NCBI GenBank assembly: GCA_963826605.1
Contig: CAWGXN010000003.1
Location: 215,585 to 279,584 of the forward strand
DNA length: 64,000 nucleotides
Source: an uncultured Alphaproteobacteria bacterium
GTDB taxonomy: Bacteria; Pseudomonadota; Alphaproteobacteria; MPNO01; DASWLB01
Direction: 5' to 3'
The notes beneath the pieces were generated by a model. The model was not told the origin of the DNA. It did no database searches and worked only from the letters and a program-made list of their open reading frames with translations. Position 1 is the first letter of the stretch. The number at the start of each line of letters is the position of its first letter. Position numbers and translations under genes: made by a program. Below, piece after piece: positions 54,018 through 64,000 of this stretch.

Positions 54018-55286
54018 ATGCGGTTCACGAAGCCAGCCATCGAGGCGCTGAAGAAGCGCGCCGAGCGATACGAGGTTTGGGAGGACGGCAGGTCCGGCCT
54101 CGGCCTCCGCATCTCGCCGTCAGGTCGCAAGACCTGGGTGCTGATGTACCGCTTCGAGGGACGCGCCCGCCGCATGACCCTCGGCATCTACCCGGCCGTG
54201 AGCCTCGCCTCCGCCCACACGCGGGCAGGAAGGGCCCACGAGGCGCTGGAGCATGGCAAGGACCCCGGCGCCGAGAACGTCGCCCAGCGGCGCGCTGAGC
54301 GCGCGGCAGAGACGGTCGGCCAGCTCATCGACGAGTACGTGGAGCGCCACGCGGTGAACAAGAGGACCGGCGCCGAGGACAAGCGGGTGCTCGACCGCGA
54401 CGTGCGGCCTGCCTGGGGGCACCGCAAGGCCAAGAGCATTCACCGGCGCGACGTGATCGTGCTGCTCGACAAGATCGAGGACCGCGGTGCGCCCATCCAG
54501 CGGAACCGCACCGCGTCGCTGCTGTCGAAGCTTTTCCGGTTCGGCATCGAGCGGGGTATCGTCGAAACCTCGCCCTGCATTGCGATTCGGGCGCTCCCTG
54601 AGGCGTCGCGGGAGCGGGTTCTATCGCCGGCCGAGGTCAAGGCGCTATGGAACGCGCTCGACGACGCCAGAATGGCCCCGGTGTGCCGGCTCGCGTTGCG
54701 CTTCCTGCTCGTCACCGGCCAGCGCCGCGGCGAGGTCGCGGGCGCTCGGCGGGATGAGATCAAGAGCGATCTGTGGGAGATCCCGGGTAGCCGCACGAAG
54801 AATGGCCGGCCCCACGCCGTGCCGCTCTCGCCGCTCGCCAGGGCGATCCTCGTCGACATCGATGCGCTGCGCGAGAAGGAGGCCGCTCGACACGGGCGCG
54901 GCGAACCTTCGCCCTGGCTGTTCCCGTCGCCGCTGGAGGGAACCGCGAAACCGAAGGGCGGCGCGCACGATCACATCAGCGCCGACGCGATCTCGCGCGC
55001 GCTGTTGAGCAACGTAGCGGCCCTTGGTCTCGAAGAGCCGGCGCCGAAACCCCATGACTTTCGCCGCGCAGCGGCCAGCACCATGACCGCGCTCGGGATC
55101 AGCCAGTTCGTCGCCGGTCGCGTGCTGAACCACACCGAGCCCGGCGTCACGGCCAAGGTGTACGACCGGAACGACTACTTGGCCGAGAAGCGCCGGGCGC
55201 TCGACGCCTGGGGCAAGTGGATCGAAGACGTGGCGGCCGGGCGGCGGCTCGTGACCAATGTCACGGCGTTGCGGCCGGCGAGCTGA
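54018..55286 (+). CDS. int: tyrosine recombinase, P4-type integrase with an N-terminal DUF4102 arm-binding domain
   Basis: YEVWEDGRSGLGLRISPSGRKTWVLMYRFEGRARRMTLG. Catalytic region LLVTGQRRGEV...HDFRRAAAS...VLNH...Y. Confidence 0.9.
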   Translation: MRFTKPAIEALKKRAERYEVWEDGRSGLGLRISPSGRKTWVLMYRFEGRARRMTLGIYPAVSLASAHTRAGRAHEALEHGKDPGAENVAQRRAERAAETVGQLIDEYVERHAVNKRTGAEDKRVLDRDVRPAWGHRKAKSIHRRDVIVLLDKIEDRGAPIQRNRTASLLSKLFRFGIERGIVETSPCIAIRALPEASRERVLSPAEVKALWNALDDARMAPVCRLALRFLLVTGQRRGEVAGARRDEIKSDLWEIPGSRTKNGRPHAVPLSPLARAILVDIDALREKEAARHGRGEPSPWLFPSPLEGTAKPKGGAHDHISADAISRALLSNVAALGLEEPAPKPHDFRRAAASTMTALGISQFVAGRVLNHTEPGVTAKVYDRNDYLAEKRRALDAWGKWIEDVAAGRRLVTNVTALRPAS

Positions 55287-55388
55287 GGCACGATATCGAG
55301 ATTGCCGGGGATAGGCTGATCACCGACACGCGCGGCACCGCACCGCGCTTCCCCGGCAACCACCCTGCGGCGCTCTGCGAAGGGCGAA

Positions 55389-56249
55389 ATGAACCCGTTC
55401 GATCAAGCTTGGTGGAACGCTCACCAGACCCTCGCATGGGTATTCACACGCAATAGGCGGCTCATCGCGCTCTTGACGGACGAGGAGCCGCCGGTGAGCA
55501 CACGCTTCGCTATCAATGAGTCCGGCATCTATGGGCCGACGGAGACGGTCGGCCTAAAGGCCAGCGAGAGCGACTTTTTCGCGATGACGAACCGCCCTGG
55601 CGCTGAATACGACAGCCAGGCGGAAGCCACCTACGCACTACGCTCAGCACTGCAGGCGGGGCGACTTTCATGTTGGGGACAGCGCGATGACCGCCCAGAT
55701 CTTGAGCAGATTTCCGCGGTGGCTTGGTCCGAGCTCGACTTCGCGTTGGATCCTAGCGACGGGGAATTTCTGGCGGCACCTGTAGTTGGCGACCCAACTC
55801 GCTCCGTCGCTGGAGCCCGTCAATGGCGGGGACTGCGCTTTAAGCGAGACCAGGTGCTCGCAAGTTTCGCGGACATTCAGGGCTCCGCTTCGATCGTTGC
55901 AAGACCACACCGCTCGTCGGCTGCAGGAGCGGGGAGCGATGGGGCCCCACGAAAGGGCCACGGCAGTGGTCGAAGGCGCGGCGGTCCGCCTCCCGCGAAG
56001 TACCACAATGACCTTGTCCAAATTCTCGCGCACGCGGACCGGAATGGCGATGACATTTTGGCGTCGTCGGCGATTCGGCAGCAGGAATGGATGATCGAGC
56101 AGCTTACACGGAGAAGACACAAGCGGGACGGTTTGCCGGGTAGCCGAAGCGGTCGGGCAAAGGCGTGGAAGAAAGCGCTAGAGGAAGCTCAAGAGCTTAA
56201 CGACCGAAGCGACGCGACAGCGGCGTCTCCAACTCGTCACCAACCCTGA
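55389..56249 (+). CDS. hypothetical island protein
   Basis: Intact 286-aa ORF. No family recognised. Confidence 0.45.
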   Translation: MNPFDQAWWNAHQTLAWVFTRNRRLIALLTDEEPPVSTRFAINESGIYGPTETVGLKASESDFFAMTNRPGAEYDSQAEATYALRSALQAGRLSCWGQRDDRPDLEQISAVAWSELDFALDPSDGEFLAAPVVGDPTRSVAGARQWRGLRFKRDQVLASFADIQGSASIVARPHRSSAAGAGSDGAPRKGHGSGRRRGGPPPAKYHNDLVQILAHADRNGDDILASSAIRQQEWMIEQLTRRRHKRDGLPGSRSGRAKAWKKALEEAQELNDRSDATAASPTRHQP

Positions 56250-56406
56250 CTCCTATTGCGTGGAGCAGCCAAGGCCAACCTCCTGATTTTCAAAAGACTC
56301 CCCTGTCACCAACTCGCGGTGACGCCGGTGGCAGTTTGGAGTAGCTGGAGTCACCGGCTACGTCTCCAGATGCGACGCAAGATGTCGTTGTGCGTCTGGA
56401 GGATTG

Positions 56407-56733
56407 ATGACTACGCCGCTCACGAAAGCTGCCGCCCTCAAAAAAGCCTACCTCGAAGGGTGGCGCGGGTTCGCGCTCGCCGAGCGCGTCGCCGAATTGA
56501 CGAGGCTGGGTATCGACCCTGCCGACCTCCAGATCGACCGGTTCAATGACGCCGCCAAGTCTGATGGCTACAGCCGTCGACATCTCTATCGGCTGATCGA
56601 GGCAGGGCTCTATCCGCCTCCCGTCCAGTGCGGGCCGCGGAAGATCGGGTTCCACCGGATCGACCGCTTGGGGCGGCTTGCCACCTTAGAGCCGGTGACC
56701 TACGGGCCCGAGCCCGAGCCCGCCGCCGCATAG
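56407..56733 (+). CDS. AlpA-like helix-turn-helix regulator/excisionase candidate
   Basis: GGAGGA RBS. YSRRHLYRLIEAGLYPPPVQCGPRKIGFHRIDRL resembles the AlpA/Xis HTH. Confidence 0.55.
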   Translation: MTTPLTKAAALKKAYLEGWRGFALAERVAELTRLGIDPADLQIDRFNDAAKSDGYSRRHLYRLIEAGLYPPPVQCGPRKIGFHRIDRLGRLATLEPVTYGPEPEPAAA

Positions 56734-56926
56734 CCCAGGAACGTTGAGAGCCGCACCGGGGCGAACTGGGCGGCTCTCGAATTTTTCACCCGCCCGCAAA
56801 GGAAAGTGAAGATGTTGAAGCTTATATCGCGATCCTCCCGCCCCCTCAACCTAATCATCTCGGCGCTGCCGCTTCACCGTGGCCGGCGCCGCGTGCATGT
56901 TTCGTGGCGGAACGGGGCGTAGTGCC

Positions 56927-57726
56927 ATGGCCCGGATCAGGACAATGAACCTGAGTTTTGGTGTCATGAGGAGCTTAGCGTGCTCCCGGAGGCGACGCAC
57001 CTCGGCGGCGGCGCTCCTCAACTATGCCGACGACGAGGGCTTCTTCAACGCCAATCCCGAACTCGTCGCGGCAGATTGCTGCCCACTCCGTGAACCTACG
57101 GTGAGTGTTCCTGCAAGCCTTACGGCGCTCGCCGCCATCGAGTACATCCGGCTCGGCACCGGCTCCGACGGCAAGCGTTACGGCCAGATCGTCACCTTCC
57201 TTACCCACCAGCGCATCAATCGCGCGACCACAAGCAAGATCAAAGGGATGTCGATCGCGTGGGACGATTTAGTGAGCCCTCACGCACAAGTGGATGAAGT
57301 GTTGTCCCTGGAAGGGAACAGGAAAGGGAACAGGGAAGAGGAACAGGGAAGGGAACCTTCGTCGGCTGGCGCCGACGTCGCGGCGCCCCGTCGCTCGCAA
57401 GGACCTATGCGGCCGAGTTCGAGATCCTGCGGCGCCAGGCAGCACAGCACGACGCCGAAGGGCAGCAAGAAGAACGCCGCCGCGGAGTGGAAGCGGCACG
57501 TCGAGAAGCCGGGCGTCAATGCCGCCTTCGTGGTCGAGAAGGCGGTCGCCGACGCCGAGTGTCGGCGCACCGACTACACCAGCCACGTCGAGAACTGGAT
57601 CAAGGGGCGCCGCTGAAGGACTACTTCGAGCCCGCCATGAAGACGGGCGATCTGGTCGACGCCGCGCTCGCCGAACATTTCCGTCGCGAGGAGGAGGCCG
57701 ATGGCCATCTGCGCATCGAAGGCTGA
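56927..57726 (+). pseudogene. phage-related protein (ARIRT...PEFW...LLNYADDEGFF type) with several frame breaks
   Basis: MARIRT then PEFWCHEELSVLPEATHL in another frame, then LLNYADDEGFFNANPELV. Later segments (TYAAEFEIL, KGSKKNAAAEWKRHVEKPG, PLKDYFEP) lie in different frames. Confidence 0.45.
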
Positions 57727-58273
57727 CGTTAACGAGATCGTCGTGGGCGGCCTCAACAGGTCTTACCGGCCGTTGAAGTCGAAGGACACCGATCCGCAGG
57801 GGTACGGCGAACTCGTGGTCTGCCTGGTCGACGACGTGCACGCCTTGCGGCTCGAGCGGCATGATCTGCTCGCCGGCATGGCGCGCTTCCGAGCCGGCTG
57901 GCAGAACCAGCGCTGGCCGAGCTTCGGGGAGCTTCGGCCGTTCTTGATGCCGGCGAAGAAGGGCCCCGCCTTTGCGGAGGCGAGGGACCACAAGCCATCG
58001 GCGGCCGAGGCGGCGGAGGCACACGCGATCGCGGTACTCGCCACGACGCCCGGGCAGCGTGTGCTCGCGGCCGGCGCCGGCGTCGAGGCTTGGGCTGGGC
58101 AAGGCAAATGTGGGCGTCTTCCCCAGCGAGTTCCACGCCGACAGACGGATTGATGGCGAGGAGAAGTTTCGGGCTCTGTACGCGACCCTCGACCACGACC
58201 CAGTGCAAGCCGCCGCCCGGCGCATCGACCTCGCCCGCCGGCTCGCCCAGCAGCACCTGCGGCGGGACGCAGC

Positions 58274-58277
<4 letters not shown>
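57701..58277 (+). pseudogene. hypothetical island gene, frame break near 58105
   Basis: ORF 57701..58153 continues in ORF 57972..58277 (KANVGVFPSEFHADRRIDGEEKF...). Confidence 0.3.
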
Positions 58278-60022
<1,745 letters not shown>

Positions 60023-62536
60023 CCGACCGGGCTCGGCAAGACCTCGGTCATGGCGATCTGGTACCTCGCCCGTCGGGCGGGGGGAACGGTGCCCCGGCGC
60101 CTCGTCTACGTGGTCGACCGGCGAGCGGTGGTCGACCAGGCGACCGACGAGGCGAAGAAGATCAGGAAGAATGCGGCGGATCCCGCGCTGCGGGTCAGCA
60201 CGTTGCGCGGCCAGTTCGCCGACAACCGCGCATGGCTTCAAGATCCCGCGGCGCTACGCCATCGTCGTTGGCACCGTCGACATGATCGGCTCGCGGCTCC
60301 TCTTCTCCGGTTATGGCGTGTCGACGCGCACGCGCGCCTACCATGCCGGGCTGCTCGGCGCCGACACTCTCCTTGTGCTCGACGAAGCCCATCTCGTCCC
60401 GCCTTTCGAGCGGCTACTGACGGCGATTGGGCGCGACGACGCGCTCGCACCGCGGGGCGAGGCGCGCCAGAGGGTCGTGCCTCGCTTCCATCTCCTCGGC
60501 CTCTCCGCGACCGGGCGCGAGCACGAGAGGGGGACGGCCGTCTGTCCGGCTCGAAGCCGCCGACCGGGCCGATCCCATCGTGGCGCGGCGCCACGGCGCG
60601 TCGAAGCGGCTGGTTCTCCGCCCAGGCGATGACAAGCGCTTGGCGAACCGGCTCGCCGAAACCGCGTGGGAGTTGGGGGGCGGGGATGGCGGCCCGCCAG
60701 CCCGCGTACTGGTTTATGTCAACAGCCGGGATGTGGCGGACGACGCGGCCGAACGGATTCGGCGAGACAGCGAAAAAGGCGAAGCGCGACATCCTGCCCC
60801 CGGAGCTGCTCGTCGGCGCGCGCCGCGTCCACGAACGGGAGCGGGCCGCGAACGTCCTGAGGGAGTTGGGGTTCACCTCGGGCGGCGCCAGGCCCACGAA
60901 GCCCGCCTTCGTCGTCGCGACCTCGGCCGGCGAGGTCGGCATCGAATGGACGCCGATCACATGGTCTGCGACCTGGTGCCGTTCGAGCGCATGGTCCAGC
61001 GGCTCGGGCGCGTCAACCGGCTGGGCAACGGCGACGCGCGCATAGACGTGATGGACGCGGTCTCGGAGCTGCCTGCCTCACGAACAGGAGGCGGCGCAGC
61101 GCTGCCGCGAGCTTCTCGATCGCGCTGCCGCGCCACGCCGATGGCAGCTTAGACGCGAGCCCGGCGGCGCTCGGCAGCATTGCGATCCGCGCACAGCGAG
61201 GCCGTCAAGTCGGCGACCACTCCGGCGCCACTCTATCCCGCCCTAACCCGGCCGCTGGTCGAGGCGTGGTCGATGACCTCGCTCGCCGAACATGCCGGCC
61301 GGCCTGAGGTCGGGCCCTGGCTGCGCGGCTGGGATGACGAAAAGCCGCAGGCGACGCTGGTCTGGCGCACTTGGCTGCCGGTGCGCGGGGCGCCGCCCGC
61401 GAGCGACCAGGAGATCGCCGAATTCTTTGATGCAGCGCCGCTGCACCTGACCGAGAGGCTGGAGACGGAAGGCTTCCGCATCCGTGACTGGCTGATCGCT
61501 CGCGCCCGGAAATTGATGGAAACGGCGGACGCGCGTGCGACGGCCCTGGTTCCGGACGACGTGCCGCCGCCGCTGGCCGGGCGAACGGTCGTTGCGTTCG
61601 TTCTGGGTGCGCCGGGTGCGGCGCGGCCGCTCACGCTGGCCCAACTCGCAATGTTCGGCGAGACCAGTGGCCGCAAGGATGCGCTCCTGAGAGAAATCTC
61701 CGGTCAGACGTTAGTGCTAGATGCGCGACTAGGCGGTGTGAATTCAGGCGGACTCTTCCAGAAGGATTCGACCGAGCCGGCGCGGACGCCTGATAACGAC
61801 GAGCAGTGGGAGAAGCAAATCGGCCATCGGATCCGCAGCGTTGCTCCGGACGCGCCCGAGGCGGAAGCCGACTGGCGCAAGCCATATGTTTTCGACATTC
61901 GCCGCGACGGAGAGGGGAATCCGCTACGCCAGCTTCGGGTGGAGAAGTACCGGGACAGCGGCCGATACGGAAGATGACCGTGCCCTGTCGCCGCGCCGGG
62001 ACCAGACGCTCGACGAGCACCAAGACTGGGCGGGGGCGAAGGCGCGAGGCTCTGCTCGAGCGCTGAGCCTTCCCGACGGCGTGGCCGAGCGCCGTCGTGC
62101 TCGCGGCGCGACTTCACGACGAAGGGAAAAGGGCAGAGCGCTGGCAGCGCGCCTTCAGCGCGCCGCGCGACGGCAACATCTACGCCAAGACGAAGGGGCC
62201 ACTCCGGCGCAACTTCCTCGACTGCTATCGCCACGAGTTCGGCTCGCTGCCATACGTCGAAAAGAGCAAAGAATTCCATGATCTGACGGATGAGTTGAAG
62301 GACCTGGTTCTCCACCTTGTCGCCGCCCATCACGGGCGGGCGCGGCCGACCATCGAGACGGCGGGCAGCGACGATGCCCCGCCCTCGGCGCTCGCCGGGC
62401 GGGCGCGCGAGGTGGCGCTGCGCTTCGCGCGCCTGCAGAAGGACTGGGGGCCGTGGGGCCTCGCCTGGCTCGAGGCGTTGGTGCGCGCGGCGGACCAGCA
62501 GGCCTCCCGCGAGAACGACAAGCGAGGGAGGCGTGA
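60023..62536 (+). pseudogene. cas3: type I-G Cas3 helicase-nuclease (helicase first, HD domain last). N-terminus is lost in the T run and there are at least 8 frame changes.
   Basis: Motif I PTGLGKT at the T-run edge, AIVVGTVDMIGSRLLF, motif II LDEAH, LSATG, VVATSAGEVGI, ERMVQRLGRVNR, DASPAAL...WSMTSL, and C-terminal HD motifs LHDEGK, YRHEFGS, AAHHGRARP. Segments sit in frames 2,3,1,2,1,..,1,2,3. Confidence 0.8.
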
Positions 62537-63476
62537 TGGCGGAGCGTCCATCCCGGTCGACCTGTTCAACCCCGGCCAGGTCTTCGCCTGCCTCGGCTTC
62601 CTCGAGGCGGCGGAGATTTTGCTGGGCGACGCCGAAGGCGGATTCGACTGGTCGGACGAGGCGAACGTGCGCTTCCGCCTCCGCGCCGCGGGCGAAGAGG
62701 ATCCCGTCTCCGCGGTGCTTGAATTTCTGGCGGCGGCAGAAGTGCGGTCGTTGGGCTCCACTCGGATCGCTGATGCGCTCGAAGAGCGCGAAAGATGTGC
62801 CAGACGACGACACTGTGAGGACACCTTGAGGCAGACGGTGAACTGGCGTTCGAGTTGTCGCCACCCTTTCCTCGACCAGGCAGCAGACCGGATGGCACTT
62901 CCGAGTGCGCTCGTGGGTGAGGGCCGGCAGTCGTTCGATTCGACTATTGGGGCGACGAGTCCAGCCGCGACAACGTCAAATTCTAGGCGGGTAACGTCGG
63001 CTGACCGGATAGCACGAGCCATGTTGCGGGGAGTGCGCCGAAGCCCGCAAGAATAAGACAGAAGTGAAGCAGTCGATCTCGTGACTCGGGATACCAACTT
63101 TGGAGCGCAGATAGGAGCACCGTAAATTCGGGCCGTTCGCTCTGCTACGCCAATGGGCGGCAGCTTCAGTTTCGACTCGCGCGGGGCATGGACTTCCGCT
63201 CGATGCCGGCTATTCGCCAAACGACCACAGAACATCAAGGTCGGCTCTCACCCGTCGTCGAGTTGATGGCCGCTTGGGGCTTGAGCACGCCCGACCCGCT
63301 GACTACCGACGGCCGCCAAGTGCGGTACCTGACGTGGGGCGGAGACCCTGCCAGCCGATATTGGCCTGCGCGCCGCACTGGGCGGCATGCCGATTTCCGT
63401 TTTCCGTCAGCATGTTTCGGGTTGACGCTTGGACTGGTCGGGCAAGAAAATAAGGTCGTGACGTTTGCACGAGTAG
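62536..63476 (+). pseudogene. gene in the Csb3/Cas8 position of a I-G operon, multiply frame-broken, identity uncertain
   Basis: GGAGG RBS and ATG overlapping a TGA (TGATG). IPVDLFNPGQVFACLGFLEAAEILLG, YWGDESSRDNVKF, FDSRGAW, LDAGYSPNDH and VVELMAAWGL are scattered over three frames. Confidence 0.4.
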
Positions 63477-63488
63477 GGAGACTCAGAC

Positions 63489-64000
<512 letters not shown>

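Noticed and set aside
60023-62536. The helicase as a non-Cas DEAD/DEAH helicase of another defence system
   Set aside because: The C-terminal HD motifs (LHDEGK, RHE, HHG) and the Csb1-type neighbour fit I-G Cas3 much better. This still needs profile confirmation.

Overview
The window is a very GC-rich chromosomal segment. Its gene order looks alphaproteobacterial (ffh-rpsP-rimM-trmD-rplS-leuCD; hisB-DUF2628-hisH-hisA-hisF-hisE), which is my inference only. Positions 1-53.8 kb are ordinary core genome. They carry pyrE, a UdgX-like uracil-DNA glycosylase, ffh, a ribosomal and tRNA-modification operon, leuCDB, asd, argD/argF/hslO, small catabolic genes, mscL, a his operon, hisZ, purA, a PAS histidine kinase, tRNA-Arg(ACG), an MscS channel, pfk, prpE and a class III cyclase.

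At about 53.8 kb the composition changes and an integrase-led island begins, with every gene on the + strand. It reads P4-type integrase, a hypothetical gene, an AlpA-like regulator and phage-like genes. Next comes an uninterrupted 1,681-nt run of T. After the run lies a type I-G (formerly I-U/Dpsyc) CRISPR-Cas interference module: Cas3 with a C-terminal HD domain, a roughly 310-codon gene in the Csb3/Cas8 position, and Csb1/Cas7, which runs off the window end. I saw no CRISPR array or adaptation genes in the window.

Two quality signals affect interpretation. First, the T run cannot be biological and looks like a mask or gap. Second, single-base frame breaks occur sporadically in clearly essential core genes (rpsP, trmD, hisF, hisZ, purA and others) and are very dense from 56.9 kb to the window end, on both sides of the T run. 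This fits consensus or assembly indels better than real pseudogenes, but I cannot prove that from sequence alone.

I did not find a convincingly novel system. The most interesting candidates are the island-borne, possibly array-less I-G module and whatever the T run hides, a pseudokinase-membrane protein pair, a ubiquitin-like/BNR propeller pair, and the UdgX-like enzyme. Many long ORFs in the supplied track are alternate-frame artefacts of the high GC content.
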